A stretch of DNA of 64,000 bases from Polaromonas sp. GTDB lineage: Bacteria; Pseudomonadota; Gammaproteobacteria; Burkholderiales; Burkholderiaceae_C. Positions 1 through 9,775 of this stretch are shown in pieces (the stretch's first letter is position 1; each line of letters begins with the position of its first letter). The DNA lies in contig JAYWHJ010000090.1 of the NCBI GenBank assembly GCA_043777795.1, positions 2,687-66,686 on the forward strand. The letters are read 5' to 3'. The translations under genes were made by a program, and so were the position numbers. The notes below the pieces were generated by a model. The model made no database searches and was not told where the DNA came from. It saw only the letters and a program-made list of their open reading frames with translations.

Positions 1-1
1 C

Positions 2-322
2 GTGAGCCAAATTTACCAGGACGTAGAGTCGCGCAGCAGCCTGTACAGCGGGGACGCGCTGGGCCATGCAAAGCGCAGTGTGTTGTTCCAGCGCCAGGGC
101 CGCTTTGCTGAGCTTGTGACCACACCCCTAACGCCCACTAACGCGCCGCGTGTGTTGTCCTTGGCGGCTGACTTGATCCACTTTTCACCTGAGCCTCGGG
201 TGATTGAAGCGCTGATCGAGTCGGCTACTATGCTGCGCATGGACGACGTGGCTATCTTTCACCTAGCGCGGTACAAAGAGGTGTACCCCAAAGACTATGC
301 GGCTTGGTCGGCGCTGAAGTGA
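2..322 (+). CDS. 3' end of a gene cut by the window edge; C-terminal domain resembling PglL/O-antigen-ligase-type membrane proteins
   Basis: ORF open at position 2, stop at 320-322. The tail LIHFSPEPRVIEALIESA...LARYKEVYPKDYAAW is recalled as the domain that follows Wzy_C in PglL-like proteins (memory only). Confidence 0.3.
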   Translation: MSQIYQDVESRSSLYSGDALGHAKRSVLFQRQGRFAELVTTPLTPTNAPRVLSLAADLIHFSPEPRVIEALIESATMLRMDDVAIFHLARYKEVYPKDYAAWSALK

Positions 323-616
323 CGCTGGCCTGAGCACTCTTGCCGTTTCTCTTCATGAAGGAGACTGGCTTTCCCATCGGGTCTTATCGAGTTTGGTACG
401 AGAGCAGGCCAACGGTGTACCCAACTGCGCGGCTGTCCCTCGGCGGGGCTTAGGGCCCCAGCCTCCTACTTGATGCCGCGCGGCTGCGCACACCAAGCGC
501 CAGAGCGAGCGCAAAGCAGAGCAAGCGCAGAGCGCACACCGATAGACACATGATTCCTGTGGGCACACGTCCAACAACGAATAGCCCACTCATTGACACG
601 GCTTTACGTCATGCTA

Positions 617-632
617 AATCAAACGATTGATT
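617..632. promoter_or_regulatory. Candidate TetR operator, palindrome AATCAA-N4-TTGATT
   Basis: Perfect 6-4-6 inverted repeat 13 nt upstream of the TetR ATG at 645, at the head of the efflux operon. Confidence 0.4.
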
Positions 633-644
633 AAATTAGCCATA

Positions 645-1307
645 ATGCGGCCCATGCGTGCCCCCAGAATAGACGGCGAAGAATCGCGCCAGCGGCTGCT
701 GCACTGCGCGGTGCAGTGCTTCGCTGAGCACGGCTACACCAAAACCTCTACCCGCAGCATTGCCACTTTGGCTGGGGTGAACATTGCTGCGATCAGCTAC
801 TACTTTGGCGACAAGGCGGGGCTGTACCGAGCGGCTTACACCGAGCCCATGGGCACGCCGAAGGACGATATTGTCCTGTTTGCAGGGGAGGATTTGTCTT
901 TAGACGATGCCTTGCAGGGGCTCTACAGTGGCTTTATTGAACCTTTGAAACAAAACGTGCATGTGCAGCAATGCATACGCCTGCATATGCGCGAGATGGT
1001 GGAGCCTACCGGCCTATGGGAAGAAGAAATTACCCACGGCATCAAGCCCTACTATGAGGCATTGGTCAAACTTTTGTGCCGTCACTACGCTGTCAAAAAA
1101 GGCGACGACGATATTAAACGGTTGGCCATCTCCATCGTAGCGCTGGGCGTGCACATGTATGTGGGCCGCGATCTGAATTTGCAATTGCACCCGCGCTTGG
1201 TGACTGGTGCCAAGGCGCTGGACACCATGCGCCAGCGCTTGGTGATGTATGCGCGCGCCATGATCGACGCAGAAGGCGCACGCCGCCTGGCCACCGACAC
1301 CCTCTGA
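645..1307 (+). CDS. TetR/AcrR family transcriptional regulator
   Basis: N-terminal HTH signature SRQRLLHCAVQCFAEHGYTKTSTRSIATLAGVNIAAISYYFGDKAGLY. The track ORF starts at TTG 627; the first in-frame ATG is 645. Confidence 0.8.
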   Translation: MRPMRAPRIDGEESRQRLLHCAVQCFAEHGYTKTSTRSIATLAGVNIAAISYYFGDKAGLYRAAYTEPMGTPKDDIVLFAGEDLSLDDALQGLYSGFIEPLKQNVHVQQCIRLHMREMVEPTGLWEEEITHGIKPYYEALVKLLCRHYAVKKGDDDIKRLAISIVALGVHMYVGRDLNLQLHPRLVTGAKALDTMRQRLVMYARAMIDAEGARRLATDTL

Positions 1308-1408
1308 GAAGCACAGCCATGCTTTTTTCACCCCATTTTCAATTGAACTCTTTGATGTCTTCTTTTGCACTTCTTTCCAAACACGTTTCGGTGCATCGTT
1401 TGCAGCCA

Positions 1409-2926
1409 ATGCCGCCTAAGAGGCTGGGCGGCAGAACGATATCAGCACAAACCGTCCAGCCACCGCAGCCCACACGCCGTTTTGCGGTATGGCTCAGCAG
1501 CGCGATGGCGGCCATGACACTGGCAGGCTGCGCCAGCACCATCACCCTACCCAGCGCGCAAACCACCCAAGCCGACAGCCAGGTTGCCGCGCCCGCCGCC
1601 TGGCAAGCCGCACTGCCGCACGGGGGCAGCACCGCCACTATGGCCAGCTGGTGGACGCAATGGGGCGATGCGGCACTGGTGGAGCTGATGGATGCCGCGC
1701 AAAAAGAAAGCGCCAGTTTGAGCAGCGCACGCAACCGCATCGCGCAGGCGCGCGCTGCCCTGACCGGTGCGCAGTCGGCACTGCTGCCCGGCCTGACCGC
1801 CAACGCGCAAGCCAGCCGCAGCGTGCAGACCCCCGGCGCGCCGCAGGCTAGCGCCTTGAGTGCGGGTGTGCAGGCCAGCTGGGAGATCGACATATTTGGT
1901 GGCAACCGCGCGGCCAGCAGCGCACAGCAGGCGCGGCTAGACGGCGCAGAACTGGGCTGGCACGAGGCCCGCGTGGCCGTCGCCGCAGAGACCGCCGCCA
2001 CCTACTACAGCCTGCGCTACTGCGAGAGCAACACCGTGCTGGCACAAAACGACGCCACCTCGCGTGCCGAGACCGCGCGCCTGGCCGAGCTGACGGCCAA
2101 GGCAGGCTTTAACGCCCCAGCCAACGCAGCCCTGGCCCGCGCCAGCGCAGCAGACGGTGCCAACACCGCGCGCGCCGCGCTAGCGCAGTGCGACCTGTTG
2201 GTAAAAAGCCTGGTGGCGCTGAGCGGCATAGACGAACCTGCGCTACGTAATAAATTAAAGGAAAATCAGGTTCTAGCCCAACAAATAAATGCGGGAGCAG
2301 CTCTGTTTAACATAGCAAACTTGCCTGCCAGTGTATTGCAGCAGCGCCCCGACATCGTGGCGGCGCAACGCTCCGTCGCCGCTGCCAGCCTGGACGCGCG
2401 CGCACTCGATGCCAAGCGCTACCCTATGCTTTCGCTCAGCGGCAACATCGGGGTAGCCGCTGTACGCCAAACAGGCTTTACCAACGACGGGATCACTTGG
2501 TCACTCGGGCCCATCGCGCTGACTGTGCCGCTGCTCGACGGTGGCCGCGCCGCTGCCAACACGCAAGCCGCTGTTGCCGCTTATGACGACGCGGTCATAG
2601 CCCTGCGTGCCAAAGCCCGCAACGCTGTGCGTGAGGTCGAAGAAGCCTTGGTCAACTTGGACAGTGCAGCGCAGCGCAACACTAATGCGCAGCTGGCCGC
2701 AGCTGGCTACAAGGCTGCGCTCGATGCCGCCCAAGCACGTTATAGAGCGGGCCTGGGCAGCCTGGTCGAGCTGGAAGACGCGCGCCGCACCTCGGTGTTT
2801 GCACAGCAAAGCTTACTGGGCCTGGAGCGTGACCGCATTGCCGCGTGGATCAGCCTGTACCGCGCAGCGGGCGGCGGCTGGACCGTGCAAAGCCCCACGC
2901 GCGCCAGCGCGCCAACTGCCGGGTAA
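1409..2926 (+). CDS. RND efflux outer-membrane lipoprotein (NodT/OprM family)
   Basis: Lipobox MAAMTLAGCAS and two OEP repeats (LLPGLTANAQASRS..., QQRPDIVAAQRSVAAA...). Operon position before the MFP and RND genes. Start uncertain (ORF open from 1319). Confidence 0.8.
   Translation: MPPKRLGGRTISAQTVQPPQPTRRFAVWLSSAMAAMTLAGCASTITLPSAQTTQADSQVAAPAAWQAALPHGGSTATMASWWTQWGDAALVELMDAAQKESASLSSARNRIAQARAALTGAQSALLPGLTANAQASRSVQTPGAPQASALSAGVQASWEIDIFGGNRAASSAQQARLDGAELGWHEARVAVAAETAATYYSLRYCESNTVLAQNDATSRAETARLAELTAKAGFNAPANAALARASAADGANTARAALAQCDLLVKSLVALSGIDEPALRNKLKENQVLAQQINAGAALFNIANLPASVLQQRPDIVAAQRSVAAASLDARALDAKRYPMLSLSGNIGVAAVRQTGFTNDGITWSLGPIALTVPLLDGGRAAANTQAAVAAYDDAVIALRAKARNAVREVEEALVNLDSAAQRNTNAQLAAAGYKAALDAAQARYRAGLGSLVELEDARRTSVFAQQSLLGLERDRIAAWISLYRAAGGGWTVQSPTRASAPTAG
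2269..2316 (+). repeat. Family-A repeat copy inside the OMF gene
   Basis: GGTTCTAGCCCAACAAATAAATGCGGGAGCAGCTCTGTTTAACATAGC; read in-frame as VLAQQINAGAALFNIA. Confidence 0.65.
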
Positions 2927-2995
2927 GGCCACCCCGCCAGCCGTCCCCTAGCCAAGCCAGAAACCTGCTGCATCCCGCCGTTTTCCAATTTGCCA

Positions 2996-4231
2996 ATGAA
3001 TCTCAAATATCCGGATTTTTGTATGACTCACCTCCATCGATTCAAACCGAACGCTACATATATAGTAGCTACTTGCGCTTTATTAATATGCGCTATAGGC
3101 CTGTTTGCTTCCAATACCTGGGCGCAGGATGATAAAAAGGTAGCCAATCCCAATGCCGCCGCCAGCGCCCCCAAAGCCGCCCTCACCGTCAGCGCCGTCA
3201 GCCCCAGCAATGGCGCGATGGGTGTGCAGTTGGCAGCCAACGGCAATGTGGCCGCTTGGCAGGAGGCCAGCATTGGCGCTGAGGTTAACGGCCTCAAACT
3301 GATGGACGTGCGGGTGAACGTAGGCGACGTGGTGAAAAAAGGCCAAGTGCTGGCCACCTTCAGCGCAGAGTCTGGCCGCGCCGAGGTGCTCCAAATGCAA
3401 GCCTCGCTCGCCGAGTCGCAGGCCACCGCCGCCGAGGCCACGGCCAACGCTGCACGCGCCCGCACCTTGCAAGACACCGGTGCCATGAGCGCCCAGCAAA
3501 TTAACCAGTACACCACGGCCGAGACAACCGCCAAAGCGCGCGTAGAAGCCGCGCGCGCCATGCTGTCTGCCGCCCAAGTGCGCCTGAAAAATGGCCAGCT
3601 CACGGCTCCCGACAATGGCGTGATATCCGCGCGCAGCGCCACCCTAGGCGCAGTGGCGGGCGCAGGTACAGAGCTGTTTCGCATGATCCGCCAAGGCCGC
3701 CTGGAGTGGCGCGCGGAGGTGACCAGCACCGAGGTGGCCCGCATCACACCCGGCATGGCGGTGCTGGTCACCGCAGCCAGCGGCACCCAGGTGCAAGGCA
3801 AAGTGCGCATCGTCGCGCCCACGGTAGACCCTGTCACGCGCAACGCGCTGGTGTATGTAGACCTGCCGCAAAACCCCGGTGTCAAAGCCGGTATGTTTGC
3901 CAAAGGCGAGTTTGCACTGGGCTCAGTGCAGGCGCTTACCTTGCCGCAGCAGGCCCTGGTGCTGCGTGACGGCTTTACCTACGCCATGCGGATCGAAGCG
4001 AACAACAAGGTCAGCCAGGTCAAGCTGCAAACCGGCCGCCGCATTGGTGATGCGGTAGAGATTACCCAAGGCGCCAAACCCGGCGAGCGCTTTGTGGCCG
4101 GTGGTGCGGCGTTTTTGGCTGATGGCGATACGGTCAAGGTGGTGCTGGCCGCAGAACCAGCAAAACCCATCAGTGCAGTGCCCAATCAATCATCAGCCCA
4201 ATCAAATATTGCGCGAGCAGCCGCTAAATAA
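2996..4231 (+). CDS. RND efflux periplasmic adaptor (membrane fusion protein)
   Basis: HlyD/MFP architecture (biotinyl-lipoyl-like VNVGDVVKKGQVLATF, coiled coil, beta-barrel LTLPQQALV). Start could be 2996 or 3023. Confidence 0.85.
   Translation: MNLKYPDFCMTHLHRFKPNATYIVATCALLICAIGLFASNTWAQDDKKVANPNAAASAPKAALTVSAVSPSNGAMGVQLAANGNVAAWQEASIGAEVNGLKLMDVRVNVGDVVKKGQVLATFSAESGRAEVLQMQASLAESQATAAEATANAARARTLQDTGAMSAQQINQYTTAETTAKARVEAARAMLSAAQVRLKNGQLTAPDNGVISARSATLGAVAGAGTELFRMIRQGRLEWRAEVTSTEVARITPGMAVLVTAASGTQVQGKVRIVAPTVDPVTRNALVYVDLPQNPGVKAGMFAKGEFALGSVQALTLPQQALVLRDGFTYAMRIEANNKVSQVKLQTGRRIGDAVEITQGAKPGERFVAGGAAFLADGDTVKVVLAAEPAKPISAVPNQSSAQSNIARAAAK
3053..3103 (-). repeat. Family-A repeat copy inside the MFP gene 5' end
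   Basis: GCTACATATATAGTAGCTACTTGCGCTTTATTAATATGCGCTATAGGCCTG; encodes the signal-peptide core ATYIVATCALLICAIGL. Confidence 0.55.
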
Positions 4232-4238
4232 ATAGCGC
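4191..4238 (+). repeat. Family-A repeat copy at the MFP gene 3' end
   Basis: CATCAGCCCAATCAAATATTGCGCGAGCAGCCGCTAAATAAATAGCGC; supplies the last codons (SSAQSNIARAAAK) and the stop. Confidence 0.6.
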
Positions 4239-4255
4239 TTAGCTGGAGAAAATTT

Positions 4256-7200
4256 ATGAACGTATCCGCCTGGTGCATTCGCAACCCGATTGCCGCCATC
4301 ATGTTTTTTGTGATGCTGTGCTTTGCCGGCATGTTGGGCTACCAAAACATGAAGGTGCAAAACTTTCCTGATTTGGACGTGCCCAACATCATCATCACCG
4401 CCAGCCTGCCCGGCGGCTCGCCTGCACAGCTAGAGACCGAGGTGGCGCGCAAAATTGAAAACGCCATTGCTTCCCTGGAAGGACTGAAAAACATCTACAC
4501 CAAAGTGCAGGACGGCGTGGTGACCATCACCGCCGAGTTTCGCATTGAAAAGCTCACCCAAGAGGCGCTGGACGAAACCCGCTCTGCCGTGCAGCAAGTG
4601 CGTGCCGACCTGCCCGCCGACCTGCGTGACCCGATCGTGAGCAAGGTCAACATCTCTGGCGGCGCGGTGCTGGCCTATACCGTGCGCATCCCCTCGATGG
4701 ACGACGAGGCTCTGAGCTGGTTTGTAGACGACACGCTGACACGCCGCTTGTTGGCGGTCAAGGGCGTAGGCGCGGTGGCGCGCGTGGGCGGCGTGAACCG
4801 CGAGGTGCGCATTGCGCTGGACAGTGGCAAGATGCAAGCGCTGGGTTTGAGTGCAGCGGCGGTGTCGCGCCAGCTGCGCGAAGTGCAAATGGAAACCGCC
4901 GGGGGCCGCACCAACCTGGGCACTAGCGAGCAACCTGTGCGCACCCTAGCCACCGTCAAGTCTGCGGCGGAAATTGCGGCCATTGAGCTGTCTTTGGATG
5001 GCGGACGCAAAGTACGTTTAGACCAAATCGCACAGGTGCAGGACACCATTGCCGAGCAGCGCTCCACCGCCCTGCTCAACGGTGTGCCAGTAGTAGGCTT
5101 TGAGGTGTCGCGCAGCAAGGGTGCCAGCGAGGTGGACGCGGGCCGTGGCGTGCGCGCCGCGCTGGCCGAGATCAAGCTGGCCCACCCCGACATGCAGCTC
5201 ACAGAGGCCTTTGACTTTGTGACCCCGGTGGAAGAAGAGTACAAAGCCTCGCTCACCTTGCTCATTGAGGGCGCGCTGCTGGCGGTGCTCGTGGTGTGGC
5301 TGTTTTTGCGCGATATCCGCGCTACCTTTGTGTCGGCCGTAGCGCTGCCTTTGTCGGTAATTCCTGCCTTTATTGGCATGAACTATTTGGGCTTTTCGAT
5401 CAACGTAGTGACCTTGCTGGCGCTGTCCTTGGTGATCGGCATTTTGGTGGACGATGCGATTGTGGAGGTCGAGAACATTGTGCGCCACCTGCACATGGGC
5501 AAGTCGCCCTACCAAGCAGCAATGGAGGCGGCCGATGAGATAGGCGTGGCGGTGATTGCCATTACCTTTACCTTGATAGCGGTGTTTCTTCCCACGGCTT
5601 TCATGAGCGGTATTGTGGGCAAATTTTTTAAACAGTTTGGCTGGACAGCGGCGCTGGCTGTGTTCGCATCTCTGGTGGTGGCGCGCATGCTCACACCGAT
5701 GATGGCCGCGTATATTTTGAAGCCGATTGCCGGCGGCCATGTGGAAAAAGATGGCGCGCTGATGCGCTGGTACATGCGCGCCAGCCGCTGGTGTTTAAAG
5801 CACCGCATCATCACCGTGGTGGCGGCCTTGGCGTTTTTCGCGGGCTCGATCACACTGATACCTCTGCTACCCAAGGGTTTTATTCCACCCGACGACAACT
5901 CGCAAACCCAGGTTAACCTGGAGTTGCCGCCTGGCACCAAACTGGCGGAGACCAAAGTCGCTGCGGAGGCAGCGCGTGTGCTGATCAGCAAGGTAGAGCA
6001 TGTGAAATCGGTCTATACCACCATCGGCGGCGGCTCTGCGGGCGCCGACCCGTTTGCGCCGGGCGGCGCGGCCGAGACGCGCAAAGCCACGTTGACTATC
6101 CTGCTGGCCGAACGCGGCGAGCGGCCACGCAAACAAGGCATTGAAAACAATATCCGCAAAGCGCTGGAAGACCTGCCCGGTGCGCGCAGCAAAGTGGGCT
6201 TGGGCGGCTCGGGTGAAAAGTACATTTTGGCCTTACAGGGTGAAGACCCCCTCGCTTTGGCCGCTGCGGCTGCTGCGGTGGAGCGCGACCTGCGTACCAT
6301 TCCCGGCCTGGGCTCGGTAGCCTCCAGTGCCTCGCTGGTGCGCCCAGAGCTCACCGTGCGCCCTGACTTTGCCCGTATGGCCGACAGGGGCGTGACCAGC
6401 TCGTCCATTGGCGAGACCTTGCGTATTGCTACCGTGGGTGACTACGATGCCTCGCTGCCCAAGCTCAACCTGGCCCAGCGCCAGGTGCCGATTGTGGTGC
6501 GCCTGTCAGACGATGCACGCAACGACATTGGCGCGCTGGAGCGGTTGATGGTGCCCGGTACGCGCGGGCCCGTGATGCTCAGCCAAGTGGCCACGATTGA
6601 GATGTCGGGCGGCCCGGCGGTGATTGACCGCTTCAACCGCTCCCGCAACGTACAGTTTGAAGTAGAGCTCTCCGGCCTGCCGCTAGGCGATGTGACGGCG
6701 GCAGTAGACAAGTTGCCCGCCATCCAAAACCTGCCCGCAGGCGTCAAGCAGGTCACCATTGGCGATGCAGAAGTGATGGGCGAACTGTTCGCCAGCTTTG
6801 GCCTGGCCATGCTCACTGCCGTGCTGTGCATTTACATCGTACTGGTGCTGTTGTTCAAAGACTTTTTGCACCCGATGACGATTTTGGCAGCGCTGCCTTT
6901 GTCGCTGGGTGGCGCTTTTGTAGCGTTGCTGCTGGCTGACAAGAGCTTTTCCATGCCCTCGCTGATCGGCTTGATCATGTTGATGGGCATTGCCACCAAG
7001 AACTCGATTTTGCTGGTGGAGTACGCCATCGAGGCGCGGCGGGGCAAGCCCGCGACTGACACTCAACCGGCCGTGCCGCCCATGGGCCGCACTGAGGCGC
7101 TGCTAGACGCCTGCCACAAGCGCGTGAGGCCAATTGTGATGACCACCATCGCGATGGGTGCCGGAATGATGCCCATTGCCATGAGCTGGGGCGCGTCTGA

Positions 7201-7420
7201 CGGCAGTTTTCGTTCACCCATGGGCGTGGCGGTGATCGGCGGCTTGATCACCTCTACCTTGCTCAGCCTGCTGGTGATTCCGTCGGTTTACACCTTTGTG
7301 GACGATTTTGAGGCGCTGTGCAGCAAGGTTTGGCGCAAGGCACTGCGGCGTGATTCTTCAGACCGCGCGGTGGCGCACAGCGCGGCCGCGCCGCAGCATG
7401 CGGTACTAGAAAAAGACTAG
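4256..7420 (+). CDS. RND efflux permease, AcrB/HAE1-like
   Basis: 1054 aa, 12-TM AcrB layout, motifs LALSLVIGILVDDAIVEVENI and IGLIMLMGIATKNSILLVEY. A GGAG sequence precedes the ATG. Confidence 0.9.
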   Translation: MNVSAWCIRNPIAAIMFFVMLCFAGMLGYQNMKVQNFPDLDVPNIIITASLPGGSPAQLETEVARKIENAIASLEGLKNIYTKVQDGVVTITAEFRIEKLTQEALDETRSAVQQVRADLPADLRDPIVSKVNISGGAVLAYTVRIPSMDDEALSWFVDDTLTRRLLAVKGVGAVARVGGVNREVRIALDSGKMQALGLSAAAVSRQLREVQMETAGGRTNLGTSEQPVRTLATVKSAAEIAAIELSLDGGRKVRLDQIAQVQDTIAEQRSTALLNGVPVVGFEVSRSKGASEVDAGRGVRAALAEIKLAHPDMQLTEAFDFVTPVEEEYKASLTLLIEGALLAVLVVWLFLRDIRATFVSAVALPLSVIPAFIGMNYLGFSINVVTLLALSLVIGILVDDAIVEVENIVRHLHMGKSPYQAAMEAADEIGVAVIAITFTLIAVFLPTAFMSGIVGKFFKQFGWTAALAVFASLVVARMLTPMMAAYILKPIAGGHVEKDGALMRWYMRASRWCLKHRIITVVAALAFFAGSITLIPLLPKGFIPPDDNSQTQVNLELPPGTKLAETKVAAEAARVLISKVEHVKSVYTTIGGGSAGADPFAPGGAAETRKATLTILLAERGERPRKQGIENNIRKALEDLPGARSKVGLGGSGEKYILALQGEDPLALAAAAAAVERDLRTIPGLGSVASSASLVRPELTVRPDFARMADRGVTSSSIGETLRIATVGDYDASLPKLNLAQRQVPIVVRLSDDARNDIGALERLMVPGTRGPVMLSQVATIEMSGGPAVIDRFNRSRNVQFEVELSGLPLGDVTAAVDKLPAIQNLPAGVKQVTIGDAEVMGELFASFGLAMLTAVLCIYIVLVLLFKDFLHPMTILAALPLSLGGAFVALLLADKSFSMPSLIGLIMLMGIATKNSILLVEYAIEARRGKPATDTQPAVPPMGRTEALLDACHKRVRPIVMTTIAMGAGMMPIAMSWGASDGSFRSPMGVAVIGGLITSTLLSLLVIPSVYTFVDDFEALCSKVWRKALRRDSSDRAVAHSAAAPQHAVLEKD

Positions 7421-7458
7421 GCGCACAAATTGCCCCGCCAACGCGTTACCATTAGGGC

Positions 7459-7851
7459 ATGGCCCAGTACCACATCAGCGTTCAAGTTCAACCCGAGTTT
7501 TTGGCAGACCAGTCTGCGCCCGAGCAGGGCGTGTACACCTTTGCCTATACGGTCACCATCACCAACACCGGCAAGGTAGCGGCGCAGGTCATCTCGCGCA
7601 CCTGGAGCATTAACGATGCCGAAGGCCGTAACGACAAGATCAAGGGCTTGGGTGTCGTGGGCGAGCAGCCCCTGCTCAAGCCCGGTGAGAGCTTCCAGTA
7701 CACCAGCGGTTGCCGCCTGCGCACGCCCACCGGCACCATGCACGGCAGCTATTTTTGCGTCGCCGAAGACGGTGAAAAATTCGACGCTGACATCCCCATG
7801 TTTGTGCTGGACGCGTTGAGCGCGCTGGGCGGCAAGCCCACCATGCATTAG
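7459..7851 (+). CDS. apaG: ApaG (DUF525) protein
   Basis: 130 aa with YTVTITNTG...QVISRTWSINDAEGR...GVVGEQPLLKPGESFQYTSG, typical of ApaG. Confidence 0.85.
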   Translation: MAQYHISVQVQPEFLADQSAPEQGVYTFAYTVTITNTGKVAAQVISRTWSINDAEGRNDKIKGLGVVGEQPLLKPGESFQYTSGCRLRTPTGTMHGSYFCVAEDGEKFDADIPMFVLDALSALGGKPTMH

Positions 7852-7908
7852 CCGCTGGCCCAGCTGCATCCGCTGCCCGCTCGCCGGATTTTTCTCTATC
7901 GCAACACC

Positions 7909-8898
7909 ATGGGTGAATTTGACCTCATTGCGCACTATTTTCAGCGCCCTCAGCCGCAAGGCGGTCAGGTCGCGCTGGGCATAGGCGACGATTGCGCGCT
8001 GCTGGTGCCGCGTGCGGGCACGCAACTGGCCGTCAGCTCGGACATGCTGGTCGAAGGGCGGCATTTTTTGTCTACCGTCTCGCCCGAGGCGCTGGGCCAC
8101 AAGGCGCTGGCGGTCAATTTAAGCGACTTGGCTGCGTGCGGTGCCAAGCCCCTGGCTTTCACCCTGGCTCTCTCGCTGCCGAGGGTAGACGAGGCCTGGC
8201 TGGCGGGCTTCTCCAAAGGTCTGTTTGCACTGGCCGACACACACGGTTGCGCGCTGGTGGGCGGCGACACCACGCAGGGGCCGCTGAACATTTGTATCAC
8301 CGTGTTTGGCGAAGTGCCAGTAGTAGCCGGTAAAAGCCGAGCCCTGCTGCGCAGCGGCGCGCAGCCGGGCGACGACATTTACGTGAGCGGCAGCGTAGGC
8401 GATGCCCGGCTAGCGCTGGAGGTGTTTCGCGGCAATGTGCAGGTGAGCGAAGCGCTGTTTGCCCAAGCCCGCCAGCGCATGGAACGCCCCACGCCGCGCG
8501 TGGCCTTGGGCACGGCGCTGCGCGGCGTAGCTACAGCGGCGATAGACGTGAGCGACGGCCTGCTGGGCGACCTGGGGCATATCCTTAAAGCGTCTGGTTG
8601 CGGCGCCGACATTGCTATTTATAACGTAGCTGAAACCGCTCTATTCCATTGCGCCAAGCCCAGTTTTAGTATTGATTTTTGCAACGCAATGACGCTGGCC
8701 GGTGGCGACGACTACGAGCTGGTGTTTACCGCACCCACGTCGGCGCGCGATGCGGTGGCGCAAGCAGCTACCCGCAGTGCCACACCCGTCACTCGCATTG
8801 GGCAAATTACCGCCGCGCCAGCGCTAGTACTGCGCGATGCGGGCGGGGCGGTGGTGCGGAACACCTTTTCCTCGTTTGACCATTTCAAGACGGCTTGA
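7909..8898 (+). CDS. thiL: Thiamine-monophosphate kinase
   Basis: MGEFDLIAHYF...GIGDDCALL...SSDMLVEGRHF...GGDDYELVFT, AIR-synthase-like ThiL motifs. Confidence 0.9.
   Translation: MGEFDLIAHYFQRPQPQGGQVALGIGDDCALLVPRAGTQLAVSSDMLVEGRHFLSTVSPEALGHKALAVNLSDLAACGAKPLAFTLALSLPRVDEAWLAGFSKGLFALADTHGCALVGGDTTQGPLNICITVFGEVPVVAGKSRALLRSGAQPGDDIYVSGSVGDARLALEVFRGNVQVSEALFAQARQRMERPTPRVALGTALRGVATAAIDVSDGLLGDLGHILKASGCGADIAIYNVAETALFHCAKPSFSIDFCNAMTLAGGDDYELVFTAPTSARDAVAQAATRSATPVTRIGQITAAPALVLRDAGGAVVRNTFSSFDHFKTA
8614..8663 (-). repeat. Family-A repeat copy (degenerate) inside thiL
   Basis: GCTATTTATAACGTAGCTGAAACCGCTCTATTCCATTGCGCCAAGCCCAG; an AT-rich patch in a GC-rich gene. Confidence 0.4.
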
Positions 8899-9367
8899 GG
8901 TCTGCGCGCGCCTGCGCATCGGCGGCGATGGCGGGTGTGTGTCCCTCAGCTAATGACTCAGCCAAATTCAGCGCCCGTTGCGCCTGCCTGTGTGCCTGGA
9001 TCTGGCCCCCATAACCCCAGTCGGTGGCAGGCAGCTCCCGCACAATGACGTAGCTCGCCTCGTGCAGGAGGGTGGCTCCCACGCTGAGCTGGCGGTGCAA
9101 CTCGGCGTGGGCTTGCTGGATGAATTGGCGCTTTTCGTCCGCCGTGTTGGTGCCGGCTGTCACGCTGATCTCCAAACACGCCATGGGCTGCTCGGCGGCG
9201 CGCCCGCCCACCAGATAGCGGGCTGCGGGCAAGTCGTCGATCATGACGACGGTGACCTCGGGCCGCTTGTGCAGCACCTGGGCGGTAATGCGGGTGAGCG
9301 CAGCGCCCAAAGCGGCATAGCGCTCTGGGTTTTGCAGTGGGGATATTTGCAGACGCAGTGTGGGCAT
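8885..9367 (-). CDS. Tautomerase (4-OT-like) family protein
   Basis: N-terminal MPTLRLQI (Pro1 after Met), about 160 aa two-half layout. Family call is from memory. Confidence 0.5.
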   Translation of the reverse strand: MPTLRLQISPLQNPERYAALGAALTRITAQVLHKRPEVTVVMIDDLPAARYLVGGRAAEQPMACLEISVTAGTNTADEKRQFIQQAHAELHRQLSVGATLLHEASYVIVRELPATDWGYGGQIQAHRQAQRALNLAESLAEGHTPAIAADAQARADLKPS

Positions 9368-9372
9368 GGCAT

Positions 9373-9609
9373 TCAGGCCTTTGCTTGGACGGTGTGTGCG
9401 TTACCCAAATCCTTCGCCACGCGCACGCTGGCAAGACTAAACAAGCTGCGTAGGGCCTGGCCCACGCTGGCCCAATACGCCTCCACGGTGGCGCGGCGGG
9501 CATGCAAGGCCTCGCTGCGCGCCATTTGCGATAATCGCAAATACTCGGCATGGGTTACATGCGTACTGAATGCACTAGGTGCTGTGCTGACAGATTGACT
9601 GGTTCGCAT
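9373..9609 (-). CDS. Small hypothetical protein (78 aa)
   Basis: ATG 9609 is preceded by AAGGAG 7 nt upstream. The longer track ORF (to 9726) has no such signal. Confidence 0.5.
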   Translation of the reverse strand: MRTSQSVSTAPSAFSTHVTHAEYLRLSQMARSEALHARRATVEAYWASVGQALRSLFSLASVRVAKDLGNAHTVQAKA

Positions 9610-9775
9610 AATCCACTCCTTAAATATTCCTGGCGAATTGCCTTGGGATAGATCTACTGTAGGGAAATTCTGGTTTGCTGGAAACCACCTATACTGCATA
9701 TTGGCTTTGCATTTATTGCAAAACAAAGCATGGGAATTCTCCTCGCGTTCTCTTCATACCCAATTTACGCAGGCC

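Noticed and set aside
353-589. 78-aa minus-strand ORF between the truncated first gene and the TetR gene
   Set aside because: Cys/Arg/Trp-rich translation, no start context, and a location in a GC-rich spacer with short direct repeats (GCGCGGCTG x2). Judged non-coding.
7417-8100. Long antisense or overlapping ORFs throughout the track (for example 1339-2001, 3028-3903, 7417-8100, 25150-25920, 26467-27258, 37682-38776, 43225-43863, 49639-50370, 57254-57967)
   Set aside because: Each lies opposite or out of frame to a gene with strong family motifs. Their translations are Arg/Ala/Gly/His-rich low-complexity strings typical of shadow ORFs in GC-rich DNA.
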